The translations under genes and the position numbers were made by a program. This document shows, piece after piece, positions 1 to 9,583 of a stretch of 64,000 bases of DNA (its first letter is position 1; every line of letters starts with the position of its first letter). The stretch comes from Acidimicrobiia bacterium (GTDB lineage Bacteria; Actinomycetota; Acidimicrobiia; Spongiisociales; JAHEDJ01): NCBI GenBank assembly GCA_029210695.1, contig JARGFH010000006.1, positions 29,005 to 93,004 of the forward strand. The letters run 5' to 3'. The notes below the pieces were generated by a model. That model searched no databases. It had not been told where the DNA came from and saw only the letters and a program-made list of their open reading frames with translations.

Positions 1-1
1 C

Positions 2-1885
2 TGGCGTCGATGGCTGCCGATGATCGCCGGAACCGGGGTGCATGCAATTCGCATCTACACGATGCAGCCACCGTGCTTCTATCGAGAGCTGCTTGCCTTC
101 AATCTGGCCAACCCCGACCACCCGCTGTACCTCGTCCACGGCGTGTGGGTTCCCCAGGAGTTGATGGCCGAGACCCACGACCTATTCGATCCCGCGGTTC
201 TCGAACTCACCCGTGCCGACATCGAAAACGCGGTAGCCGCCCTTCACGGGGATGTCGTGCTGCCCGGGCGTGGAGGCTACGCGTCCGGCCGGTACACGGC
301 CGACGTTTCGCCCTGGGTGGTTTCGTGGGCGTTCGGGGTCGAGATGAACCCGGTGATCGTGCAGGATTCGGATGTTCGCAACGCCGGTCGGACATACCGC
401 GGCCGCTTTGTGAGCGCCACCGGAGATGCGTCGCCAACCGAGGCATGGTTGGCCGAGATGATGGATCGCATCGCCCGGATCGAAGCCTCCTACGGTCGCA
501 CTATGCCGCTCACTTTCTCGAACTGGCCGACAACCGACCCCCTCATACATCCGACGGAACCATTGGAGACCGAGGACATGGTGGGCATCGACGCCAACCA
601 TCTCGTTGCCTCACCTGAGTGGCCGGGCGGTCTCTACGCCAGCTACCACGCCTATCCCTACTACCCCGATTTCATGCGCTACGAACCCGGCATCGCCGAC
701 TTCGAATACAACGGTCGGATCGACGCCTACGCCGGCTACCTGACCAAGCTCCGCGACCACCACGCCCGGGCCGGCCTGCCGGTGATGGTGCTGGAGTTCG
801 GTGTGCCGTCGTCGCTCGGGCCCGCCCACAGCGGATCGCTCGGACGAGATCAGGGCGGACACGACGAGGCGGAAGCGATGGCCATCAACGCCGGACTATT
901 GCGCACCCAGCACGACCTCGGGTTGTCCGGCGGGTTCGTGTTCGCCTGGCAGGACGAATGGTTCAAACGTACTTGGAACACCATGGACACCGAGTTGCCG
1001 GCCGGTAGACGGCAGCTCTGGCAGAACCCCTTGACCAACGAAGCCCACTTCGGCCTCATCGCCATGGACCCCGGTGGGCAGGGGGCTCCCATTGTGGTAG
1101 ATGGCTTCGATGACGACTGGAGGGTCGAGAACTCCCAGGTCATCATGGAATCCGGCGATGTTATGCACGAGGTCCGGGTCACCCACGATGAGGGATATCT
1201 CTACTTGCGTCTCCTGCTGAGCGAGGAAGAGGCCTGGAACGAGGTGCCCGTCGTCGTCGGTTTCGACGTTGTGCCGGGTGGCAATGGTGGATTGCCTGGG
1301 TCGCCGGGTCGGGGGGCTTCATCTGACACCGCGGTCGTGGTAGGTCCCGGCCTGGAGGCGAATGCGTTCGTTCGGGCCTCAAACGATTACAACGACCTCG
1401 TCCTGGGTTGCCGGCTCGGGTTCTACGACATCGCGGACGCCGACCTGGTCGAGGGAAGCGGGGCCTGGAACCCCCAGCGGTTGAACCTCAACCGCCCGCT
1501 GGCCATCCCTGTACTCGAGATCGATCAGCCAATCGAGTGGTTCGACCTGAATCCCCTGCCCACAGGCTCATCCGATCCCGGCAGTCGGGACTACGTCTCC
1601 CGTACCGTGTGGGCCGCGCGAGGAAAGGTGATCGAGATGAGACTGCCGTGGGGGATCGTCGGTCTGTCCGATCCATCATCTCGTGCGGCGCTGGTCGTTT
1701 CTGCCGACGGAAGGTTGTCGACGGCTGAGCTAGAACGCCTGGGCATAACGATCGTGGTGGGATCGAATACCTTCGAAACCGACGGTTACAGCTGGGAATC
1801 GTGGAATGCGGTCACCTGGAGCGAACGCCCAAAGGTGGGACTCCGGGCCTTCGTCGACGCAGTCTACGAAGTCAACGGTGATTGA
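2..1885 (+). CDS. 5'-partial hypothetical protein, TIM-barrel glycoside-hydrolase-like
   Basis: Long ORF open to the window edge (frame continues upstream of the Met at 20). Codon usage is consistent. Residues such as 'VMVLEFGVPSS' and 'GGFVFAWQDEWFKRTWN' resemble glycosidase TIM-barrel segments, but I do not recognise a family. Confidence 0.45.
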   Translation, partial: WRRWLPMIAGTGVHAIRIYTMQPPCFYRELLAFNLANPDHPLYLVHGVWVPQELMAETHDLFDPAVLELTRADIENAVAALHGDVVLPGRGGYASGRYTADVSPWVVSWAFGVEMNPVIVQDSDVRNAGRTYRGRFVSATGDASPTEAWLAEMMDRIARIEASYGRTMPLTFSNWPTTDPLIHPTEPLETEDMVGIDANHLVASPEWPGGLYASYHAYPYYPDFMRYEPGIADFEYNGRIDAYAGYLTKLRDHHARAGLPVMVLEFGVPSSLGPAHSGSLGRDQGGHDEAEAMAINAGLLRTQHDLGLSGGFVFAWQDEWFKRTWNTMDTELPAGRRQLWQNPLTNEAHFGLIAMDPGGQGAPIVVDGFDDDWRVENSQVIMESGDVMHEVRVTHDEGYLYLRLLLSEEEAWNEVPVVVGFDVVPGGNGGLPGSPGRGASSDTAVVVGPGLEANAFVRASNDYNDLVLGCRLGFYDIADADLVEGSGAWNPQRLNLNRPLAIPVLEIDQPIEWFDLNPLPTGSSDPGSRDYVSRTVWAARGKVIEMRLPWGIVGLSDPSSRAALVVSADGRLSTAELERLGITIVVGSNTFETDGYSWESWNAVTWSERPKVGLRAFVDAVYEVNGD

Positions 1886-1995
1886 CTCGTCGACCCCTGA
1901 ATAGCTCGGGGAGAACTCCACCGCTTGTGCGAGGCCAACGCCAAGTGCCAATGGCGCGTGCTCTATTGCCCATGGCCGGATGTACCATTCCTCCC

Positions 1996-3066
1996 ATGGA
2001 ACTCGACTTCGAGAGCTCTCCGCAGCCGATAGACGCTGAACTCCTACCGGCCCGCCGGCGTCCGCGCTGGCCATGGGTCGTCGTCGGCGTGTTCTTGCTG
2101 ACGATCGGGCTCACGGTGGCGGCGTGGAACGTCACGCTCCCGTACTTCGCCATGTCGCCGGGCCCCCTCTACGACGTTGGCGACTTCGTCATCTACGACG
2201 GGGTAGACACGCAGCAGTCGAAGGGCGACCTCTACATGCTCACCGTTGTCTTGCAGGAGGTGAACGTATTTGAGTATGCCCTCGGGTCGATCGATCCTGC
2301 GATCGATCTCGTGGCGCGCCAGGCTATTCGACCGGATGAGGTGACCCGGGAAGAGCAGCGGGAAATCAATTTGCGCTCAATGGACGAGTCGAAGACAACC
2401 GCCATCCTCGTCGCCCTCGACGAACTCGGATACGAAGTAACGCTATCCGGGGAAGGCGTGATGGTGGCCTCGGTGCTCGAGGACGTCCCCGCCGCGGCGG
2501 TTCTGCGTGAGGGCGACGTGATCATTGCCGTTGAGGGAGTTCCGGTGATGCTTGCCCCCGACGGTGTCGCCGAAATAACCAGCTACGACATCGGGGACAC
2601 GATCACGTTCACGATCCGCCGTGCAGACGAAACTCTCGACGTCGATGTGTTGCTCATCGAGCACACCGAGTTTGCGGATCGGCCCATGGTCGGATTCCTC
2701 GCCGAAACGTACAACCCTTCGTTCGAGTTTCCAATCGAGATCGATATCGATTCCCAAAATATCGGCGGACCGTCGGCAGGTCTCATGTACACCCTGGCCG
2801 TCATCGATACGCTCACCGATGGCGACCTGACGCACGGATGGAGGATCGCCGGCACCGGCACCATTCGTTCGGATGGGACCGTCGGGGCCATCGGTGGCAT
2901 CAAGCAGAAGGTGGTAGCTGCTCAGGAAGCCGGAGCGCAGTACGTGCTCGTGCCCGCCGCCAACTACGATGCCGCCGCCTCGGTCGTCGATGACGACGTT
3001 GAGCTGGTTGCCGTCGAGAGTGTTGATGAAGCCCTGGCGTTTCTGGATGGATTACCGCCTGCGTGA
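1996..3066 (+). CDS. YlbL/SdrC-type membrane PDZ-domain protein with Lon-like S16 peptidase C-terminal domain
   Basis: N-terminal TM helix ('WPWVVVGVFLLTIGLTVAAW'), a PDZ-like middle region and a C-terminal 'GGPSAGLMYTLAVIDTLT...GTIRSDGTVGAIGGIKQKVVAA' Lon S16 catalytic signature. The ORF track starts at a TTG at 1882; the ATG at 1996 (MELDFESS) is more plausible. Confidence 0.75.
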   Translation: MELDFESSPQPIDAELLPARRRPRWPWVVVGVFLLTIGLTVAAWNVTLPYFAMSPGPLYDVGDFVIYDGVDTQQSKGDLYMLTVVLQEVNVFEYALGSIDPAIDLVARQAIRPDEVTREEQREINLRSMDESKTTAILVALDELGYEVTLSGEGVMVASVLEDVPAAAVLREGDVIIAVEGVPVMLAPDGVAEITSYDIGDTITFTIRRADETLDVDVLLIEHTEFADRPMVGFLAETYNPSFEFPIEIDIDSQNIGGPSAGLMYTLAVIDTLTDGDLTHGWRIAGTGTIRSDGTVGAIGGIKQKVVAAQEAGAQYVLVPAANYDAAASVVDDDVELVAVESVDEALAFLDGLPPA

Positions 3067-3113
3067 GGGTTCAAACCCCGGATTCTCAGGAGTGAACAGG
3101 TATCGTTCGGGCA

Positions 3114-5048
3114 ATGGCCGACCTCGTTTCCCCCGATCAAATTCGCAGTAGGTCTTTCCGGACGACCTTTCGCGGGTACGACCAGTCGGAGGTCGCCGAG
3201 TTTCTCGATAGGGTCGCCCGCATGGTTGAGGCCCTGGAGACCGAACACACGCGTCTCAGAATGAGGGCCGATCAGCAGGCTGACCCGGACCTGCGAACTG
3301 AGTTTCAGCGAGTGACCGCCGAGGTCGGCGAGGTTCTGGAAGCGGCCCGATCGGCAGCCGAGGGCATGCGCGTACGGGCCGCCGCCGAGGTTGCAGAGTG
3401 GCGCCGTTCCGCGGAGGATGCTGCCCTGCAACATCGCGATGAGGCCCAGTCGGATGCAGAGGCATTGCGCGGTGACGCCTGGTCGACCTCCAAAGAGATG
3501 CTGGAAGCGAGCCAGGCGGAAGCCAGACAAATCATGGAGACGGCAGAGAGAGAGGCGCTGGCGATTGTCGGCCACGCCGAGCGGGAGTCGCATCGAAGCC
3601 AGGCGGGTGCCCGGCGTGCGGCAGAGGAGTCGGTGCGGACCGCCAAGATGGAGTCGGAAAGGTTGCTCTCGACGGCTCGAGTCCAGCACGATGAGATCAT
3701 CGACACTGCCCGGAAGCAGGCCGAGGCCGCGCAGGAACGGGCGCGAGCACTGGAGGTGCGCCGCGATGAGTTGCTGGCGGAACTCGAGACCGTTCGCTCG
3801 AAGATCCATGCCATGGAAACCGAGATCGGAGAGCAGCGAGCCCCGATCCCGGCTGATCCCGCCCAGCCTGCGTCCGTCCGCCTGATTCCGGCCGTCACTT
3901 CCGAGGCCGCCGCTCAGCCGCGCCCGGCCGATTGGGCGCCGGCCGACAGTGTGCGGATCATCCCCGCCAGAAAAATCGAGTCCGAGGAACCAGTCGACGC
4001 GGCATCGCTCGCCGATGAGGTTCGGCGTCTCAGGGACGATGCTGCTCTGGCCGAGCTGAACGGTCGACCGGCTGTCGGTCAAGACCCGGAACTCGAGCCG
4101 GAGGTCGATGAGCCGGATGATGATGATGCCGTCGCTGACGAGGTGCCGGAATCTGAGGAACCGGACGGTGGCCTGGAGTTGGCTGTCGAGGCGACGGAAC
4201 CCCGGCAAGACCTCGAGATCATCGACGCACTCGACGACGAGCCGGTTGTCGAAGAAGCGTGGGCGCTCGATTCACTGTTCGCAACGCTCCGCGAACCACC
4301 AAAGGTGAAACCTGCGGCGGCCCCCGAATACCCCGAAGAATCGGGCGTGCAGGTACCACCACCGGCAGCGCTAACTTCCGCAGATGAAGCTCCTGCCGCG
4401 ACGGTTGGCAGCGACGCCATCGCTGAACGTGACCAGTTGCTCCTTCCTATCACCAACCGGATCTTGCGAGGGGTGAAGCGGCAACTGACGGAGGCTCAGA
4501 ACCTCACGCTGGAGGATGTGAGAGTCAAAGAGCATTGGGATCCTGAGTCCGTCGACCTTGCCGACCGGGTCAGGGGCGACCTCCTGATTCTCGTGCAGGA
4601 GAGCTACGCGGCCGGCCAATCAGCGGCCGGGTCATCTCTGGGAGTTGAGACCGGAAGACCGAGACCGCGCAAAGGCGACATCCCCGACCACTCCGAGGAC
4701 TTCTCGTCGGCGTTGCTCGCCGCTCTGTCACATGTGGCCGAATCGGCCGGCGAACAGGGACCGAGAGCGCTTTCTGCATCGCTGTCGAGGGTCTACCGCG
4801 CCTGGCGAACCGACGAGGCCGAGCGCCGGATCCGGGAGTTCGCGGCGAGGGCGTTCCATCGCGGAATGCTGGCCGGCGCCTCGAGTGGGGGAGGGACGAG
4901 AGTCCGGTGGGTGCTTGCCGGAAGAGGATGCCCGACCTGCAAAGCGGCCGCCAAAGTCGGCTCAGTTGCTATCGATTCTGACTTCCCTGGCATCGAGGGC
5001 GTGCCGCCGGTGCATCCCGGCTGCAACTGCACAGTCGTTCCCGCCTAG
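3114..5048 (+). CDS. DivIVA-domain protein with long acidic/Ala-Glu-rich coiled-coil region and C-terminal Cys cluster
   Basis: N-terminus 'FRTTFRGYDQSEVAEFLDRV' is the DivIVA-domain signature. The middle is AE-rich low-complexity coiled coil. The C-terminus 'CPTCK...HPGCNC' has 4 Cys. Confidence 0.7.
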   Translation: MADLVSPDQIRSRSFRTTFRGYDQSEVAEFLDRVARMVEALETEHTRLRMRADQQADPDLRTEFQRVTAEVGEVLEAARSAAEGMRVRAAAEVAEWRRSAEDAALQHRDEAQSDAEALRGDAWSTSKEMLEASQAEARQIMETAEREALAIVGHAERESHRSQAGARRAAEESVRTAKMESERLLSTARVQHDEIIDTARKQAEAAQERARALEVRRDELLAELETVRSKIHAMETEIGEQRAPIPADPAQPASVRLIPAVTSEAAAQPRPADWAPADSVRIIPARKIESEEPVDAASLADEVRRLRDDAALAELNGRPAVGQDPELEPEVDEPDDDDAVADEVPESEEPDGGLELAVEATEPRQDLEIIDALDDEPVVEEAWALDSLFATLREPPKVKPAAAPEYPEESGVQVPPPAALTSADEAPAATVGSDAIAERDQLLLPITNRILRGVKRQLTEAQNLTLEDVRVKEHWDPESVDLADRVRGDLLILVQESYAAGQSAAGSSLGVETGRPRPRKGDIPDHSEDFSSALLAALSHVAESAGEQGPRALSASLSRVYRAWRTDEAERRIREFAARAFHRGMLAGASSGGGTRVRWVLAGRGCPTCKAAAKVGSVAIDSDFPGIEGVPPVHPGCNCTVVPA

Positions 5049-5138
5049 CCGCCGCTCCTTTCGCGTTTTTCTCCCACGGAGTGGGGGAGATGCTGAGTCT
5101 TCGAGGCAGAGGGGGCAGCTGCATTTCGCCGTCGAGGT

Positions 5139-5244
5139 TCTAGGTTCTAGGTTGTAGGTACTGGGTCTCCGTAGCCTTCTCGTTGTCGACCAACTGTTAG
5201 GACGGCAGAACCCAGAACTCACAACTTAGAACCTTAGAGCTCGC
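5139..5244. repeat. imperfect ~33-bp inverted repeat with short tandem units (GGTTCTAG x2, GGTTGTAG) flanking a ~40-nt loop
   Basis: 'ggttctaggttctaggttgtaggtactgggtctc' ... 'gaacccagaactcacaacttagaaccttagagc'. The reverse complement of the left arm matches the right arm at ~25 of 33 positions. It lies in the intergenic region between the DivIVA-like and UPF0182 genes. Confidence 0.5.
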
Positions 5245-5298
5245 AACCGTCGACGACCGCTCCCTTGAATCTCCAACGAGTCATAGAATGGCTGTCAT

Positions 5299-8169
5299 AT
5301 GCTGAATCGTGAACCACCCACCGAGTACGTCCCGGGGCCGCGCAGGCGCGGCCTCGGTGTCGTTGTCGTCATCGCCGCCGTAGTTCTTCTGGCCCTTCGT
5401 ACGCTGGCCGGATTCTGGACGGACTACCTGTGGTTCAGTTCGATTGACCTGGTATCGGTCTGGTCGACGCGCTTCTGGACGACGGCCGCCATCGTGGCCG
5501 TTGCGTCGGTAATCGCATTCAGTTTCTTGATCAGCAACCTCGTGTTGGCCGACCGTCTCTCGCCGAGGTTCCGACTGGTGGACCTGGGCGACGATGAAGA
5601 GGTGGTCGAGAGATTCAGCGAATGGGTTGAGCCGCGTATCCGCCGGGTACGTCTTCTGCTGGCCGCCGCCTTCGGGGTCATGCTTGGAATCGGAACGGCA
5701 TCGTTGCTCGATCCGGTCCTGGCCTTTCTGAACGCCAGCAACTTCGGCATTGTCGACCCGCAGTTCGGCATCGACGTCGGGTTCTTCGTGTTCCGGTTGC
5801 CGCTGTGGCGTGAGTTGGTGAGCTGGACGTTCCAGCTCGTGATCGCCACTTCGATACTGGTGGCCGCCTTGCACTACCTCAACGGTGGGATCAGGGTGCG
5901 CCAGGGGCGCGCCCCCGAGATAGGCCCCGGCGTCCGGGCGCATCTTTCGGTGCTCTTCGCGGTGCTTGCCATCATCAAGGCAGGCGCCTATCGACTCGAT
6001 GCCTACGAGCTTCTCAGTTCAACCAGGGGTCTCGTCTTCGGTGCCGGCCACACAGACGTGACGGCACGGATCCCCGCCCTCAATCTCCTCGTTCTGATTT
6101 CTCTGGCGGCTGCCGCCCTCCTCCTCTACAACCTCAGGCGGAGAGGATGGCTGCTGCCGGCGGTGGCGGTGGGCAGCTGGCTGGCGGTGTCGCTGATCGT
6201 CGGCAACATCATTCCTGCTGCCGTCCAGCGTTTTCAGGTTGATCCAAACGAGATCGAGCGCGAGCTGCCCTATGTGGGTCGAATGATCGAGTTCACCCGA
6301 GACGCCTTCGGGCTGGCTGATGTTGACGTGCGCTCGTTTGCCGCCACCCAGGACCTCGACGCAACGGCGATCGAGGCGAACCGGCCAACGATCGACAACC
6401 TGCGCTTGTGGGATCCGGCTGTGCTGGAGTCCACCTACCGGCAGTTGCAGGAACTACGCACGTTCTACAAGTTCGAGGACGTGGACATCGACCGGTATCT
6501 CGTTGACGGCGAACTCACCCAGGTGATGCTGTCGGCTCGCGAACTCGATCTCGAAGGGCTCGAGGTGACCGGGTGGGTCAATGAACATCTCGTCTTCACA
6601 CACGGCTTCGGGGCTGTCTTGAGTCCTGCCAACGCCGTGACTATCGAGGGGCAGCCGGACTTCTACGTGAAGGACATCCCGCCGGAGACCGAGGTGGCCG
6701 GCCTGGAGATCGATTCGCCGCGGATCTATTTTGGAGAGGGACTGAACAGCGGCAGTTTCGTGATCGTCGGCACCAACGAAAAGGAAGTCGACTTCCCGCT
6801 CGGTGCCGGCGAGAACGCGGTGGAGTTCAACACCTACGATGGCGCCGGTGGGGTCCGCATAGGCAACATCTTCCGGCGGGCCGCCTTCGCCCTTCGGTTC
6901 GGGGATTTCAATACCCTCATCGCCCAGCAGCCGACCAGCGAGAGCAAGGTCTTGATGGTGCGCAACATCACCGATCGGGTCACCACGGCTGCGCCGTTCC
7001 TGTACCCCGACGGCGATCCCTATCTCGTGGCTCTTGACGGCGATCTCATCTGGATGATCGACATGTACACGGTCACCGATCAGTTCCCCTACTCAGAGCC
7101 GACCAACACGGCTCGCCTCAGTGCCGAGGCGCGATTGCCGGTCGGCCTCAACTACGTGCGGAACTCCGTGAAGGTAGCGATCGACGCATACGACGGAACG
7201 ATGACGTTCTACGTGGTCGACCCAACCGATCCGATCATCCAGACTTACCGTAAGATCTACCCCGACTTATTCACGGATTTTGAAGAGATGCCTGAGTCGC
7301 TCGTAGCGCACCTTCGGTATCCGGAGGATCTGTTCCGGATACAGAGCGACGTCTACGCCCTGTATCACGTGACCGATTCCAGGGTGTTTATCAACAACGG
7401 CGACCCGTGGGCGATCGCCAGGGATCCATCAACCACGGCGTCGGAAGTGATCCGATTCGAGGGCGCCTACCGCGACGCAGACGGCAACGTGTTCCGACCG
7501 ATGTTGCCGTACTACCTGCTGATGCGACTCCCCGATGAGGCCGACCTGTCGTTCATCCTGATGCAGCCGTTCACACCGTCGAACCGGCCCAATATGTCGT
7601 CGTTCCTCGTCGCCAAGTCGGGGCCGGACAACTACGGCCAGCTGATCGACTACGAACTCCCGCGCGACCGGTTGGTGGACGGCCCCGGCCAGGTCGGCGT
7701 CCGGATCAATCAGGATCCAAGCATCTCGCCGGAGTTCACGCTGCTCGGCCAGGAAGGCTCGGTCGTCATCCAGGGCAACATGCTGGTGGTGCCGGTGGAC
7801 GAGTCCGTGTTGTATGTGCAGCCGATCTACCTCCAGGGTGAGGACCGCGGTTCGGCGCTGCCCGAGTTCAAGAAAGTGGTCGTCGTATTCGACGATCGGA
7901 TTGTGATGCGAGACACCCTCGACGAAGCAATGGCGGCCGTTTTCGAAGGCTATGTTGTACCGGGTGACGGAGTCGTCCCGGGTGTCGAGCCGGGTGACGG
8001 TGAACCGGTGTCCGGAGATGTGGCCAACCTTCTACGGCAGGCGGATGCGGCGTTCACTGCAGCACAGACTGCGCTGGACCGGGGCGACCTTGGCGCCTAT
8101 CAGGCCAAGATCATCGAAGCGCAGGAGTTCATCGCCCAGGCAATCGAACTGATCGGCACCGGCGGCTGA
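5299..8169 (+). CDS. UPF0182-family large polytopic membrane protein
   Basis: 956 aa. The N-terminal third has ~7 hydrophobic helices, followed by a long soluble domain. The size and organisation match the actinobacterial UPF0182 family. Confidence 0.75.
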   Translation: MLNREPPTEYVPGPRRRGLGVVVVIAAVVLLALRTLAGFWTDYLWFSSIDLVSVWSTRFWTTAAIVAVASVIAFSFLISNLVLADRLSPRFRLVDLGDDEEVVERFSEWVEPRIRRVRLLLAAAFGVMLGIGTASLLDPVLAFLNASNFGIVDPQFGIDVGFFVFRLPLWRELVSWTFQLVIATSILVAALHYLNGGIRVRQGRAPEIGPGVRAHLSVLFAVLAIIKAGAYRLDAYELLSSTRGLVFGAGHTDVTARIPALNLLVLISLAAAALLLYNLRRRGWLLPAVAVGSWLAVSLIVGNIIPAAVQRFQVDPNEIERELPYVGRMIEFTRDAFGLADVDVRSFAATQDLDATAIEANRPTIDNLRLWDPAVLESTYRQLQELRTFYKFEDVDIDRYLVDGELTQVMLSARELDLEGLEVTGWVNEHLVFTHGFGAVLSPANAVTIEGQPDFYVKDIPPETEVAGLEIDSPRIYFGEGLNSGSFVIVGTNEKEVDFPLGAGENAVEFNTYDGAGGVRIGNIFRRAAFALRFGDFNTLIAQQPTSESKVLMVRNITDRVTTAAPFLYPDGDPYLVALDGDLIWMIDMYTVTDQFPYSEPTNTARLSAEARLPVGLNYVRNSVKVAIDAYDGTMTFYVVDPTDPIIQTYRKIYPDLFTDFEEMPESLVAHLRYPEDLFRIQSDVYALYHVTDSRVFINNGDPWAIARDPSTTASEVIRFEGAYRDADGNVFRPMLPYYLLMRLPDEADLSFILMQPFTPSNRPNMSSFLVAKSGPDNYGQLIDYELPRDRLVDGPGQVGVRINQDPSISPEFTLLGQEGSVVIQGNMLVVPVDESVLYVQPIYLQGEDRGSALPEFKKVVVVFDDRIVMRDTLDEAMAAVFEGYVVPGDGVVPGVEPGDGEPVSGDVANLLRQADAAFTAAQTALDRGDLGAYQAKIIEAQEFIAQAIELIGTGG

Positions 8170-8286
8170 CACTTCCCCATTCTTGCGTTGTTGAGTGCCC
8201 GTGTTCTGGCATAGAGCAACGCCGGAATGGGCCGATGTGCCTTTGCAGTCCATCCAGGGCTGACGTACACTTGAAGGACAACACGA

Positions 8287-8363
<77 letters not shown>

Positions 8364-8366
8364 ACG

Positions 8367-8400
8367 AAAACCCTTGCACTGCAAGGGTTTTCGGCTTTTC
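8367..8400 (+). terminator. rho-independent terminator after the tRNA
   Basis: 'aaaaCCCTTGCactGCAAGGGttttcggctttt': a 7-bp GC-rich stem, a 3-nt loop and a U-tract. Confidence 0.75.
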
Positions 8401-8536
8401 TGGGATCCCTGGGATCGGCCGTTGTGAGCCTCCATACCGCGTCCATACCGCGAGAGCCGAAAGCTGGTGGGCAATCTTCGGCCGTCGATGGGTCTCTGAG
8501 TCCTCCTGACAAGGTCGCCCAAGGCGTTCGACTTTG

Positions 8537-8581
8537 GTCAACCCAGAGTTGACAGACTGCGGAGGTCAACTCTGGGTTGAC
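8537..8581. promoter_or_regulatory. perfect 17-bp inverted repeat pair (GTCAACCCAGAGTTGAC / GTCAACTCTGGGTTGAC) with 11-nt spacer; candidate operator
   Basis: Each arm is itself palindromic (GTCAAC...GTTGAC). The repeat ends 3 nt before the ATG (8585) of the Clp_N-domain gene. Confidence 0.55.
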
Positions 8582-8584
8582 GGC

Positions 8585-9280
8585 ATGATGGAGTCTTTGC
8601 CTACGCCAGATGACCTGATCCGTCTGGTCGAGAAGACAACCCCGGAGGCTGATTTGCTACAGCAGCTCACCGAGGCGGTTGTCCTGTCGGGTCGAATCAC
8701 CGAGTTGGGTGACGGCCTGGTCGGCCATTTTGTGGCGCGTGCCCGTTCGTCGGGTGCGACCTGGGAGGAGATCGGGGAATGCATGGGGGTGAGCAAACAG
8801 GCCGCACAGAAACGGTTCACCCCGAAAGGACGTCAACGTCGTGGAGGCTTCTTTCTTACCCGGTTGGCCGAGGAGGCGCGGCATGTGGTGCGCAGTGCCG
8901 TGACCCATGCCCGAGAGGCGGGGAGTACTCATGTGGGTACCGAGCACCTGGTGCTTGGGCTCGTTGACGATCCGGAGAGTGTTGCTTGTCGGGCGATCAC
9001 GGCTCTCGGTTCCGTGGACGCGATCAGGTCTGCGGCCCAGCGGGAGACGGATTCGGACGAGGGCGCTGCCGGCGCTGGTCGTCATATTCCGTTCTCGGCT
9101 GACTCCAAGAAGGTGCTGGAGCTGGCATTGCGGGAGACGATCCGTAGCGGTGATCGTCGTATCGGAACCGGGCACATCCTCCTCGGGATCCTCCGCGACG
9201 AGAAGTCACCGGGCGCTCGGGTTCTCCTCGAATCGGGGATCAGCCGGAAGGCGGTCGAGGCATGGATCGAGGAGGAGTGA
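8585..9280 (+). CDS. Clp amino-terminal (Clp_N/ClpR) repeat-domain protein
   Basis: Two Clp_N repeats: 'HVGTEHLVLGLVDDPES' and 'RIGTGHILLGILRDEKSPGARVL'. There is no AAA+ module, so this is a stand-alone Clp_N protein. Confidence 0.7.
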   Translation: MMESLPTPDDLIRLVEKTTPEADLLQQLTEAVVLSGRITELGDGLVGHFVARARSSGATWEEIGECMGVSKQAAQKRFTPKGRQRRGGFFLTRLAEEARHVVRSAVTHAREAGSTHVGTEHLVLGLVDDPESVACRAITALGSVDAIRSAAQRETDSDEGAAGAGRHIPFSADSKKVLELALRETIRSGDRRIGTGHILLGILRDEKSPGARVLLESGISRKAVEAWIEEE

Positions 9281-9583
9281 TGCGGGTGTCTCACCGCAAT
9301 GTGGAGACGCCCCTCCTAATCGGCCGGAGTCTGTGCGACGCCCGCCGGGAAGCGGCACGAGCCCGCCTTCGGGTGGTGGTTTCGTCGGGTTCGCCTGGTT
9401 GGCCGGCCGAGTTTCCCGACGCGTTGCGGATCGTTGGCCAAGAGCCGCCACCCCATGCCCGGATCCAAAGGCGCTGCACCGTCTCGGTTGTCGTGGACGG
9501 CGGAGCCGGCGACCGAGCACCTCTGCCGGCACCCGGGCCGGATCCGCTGTTGTCGGTGGCAGCCGACCTGGTGGAGCATCATC

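Noticed and set aside
10-618. Several ORFs (202 aa, 139 aa, 79 aa) overlapping the first gene
   Set aside because: These are alternative-frame and antisense ORFs inside the long 5'-partial hydrolase-like gene, with an Arg-rich composition.
8430-8460. Short tandem duplication 'ccataccgcg t ccataccgcg'
   Set aside because: Two copies of a 10-mer only. This is too short to call a repeat element and is probably incidental.
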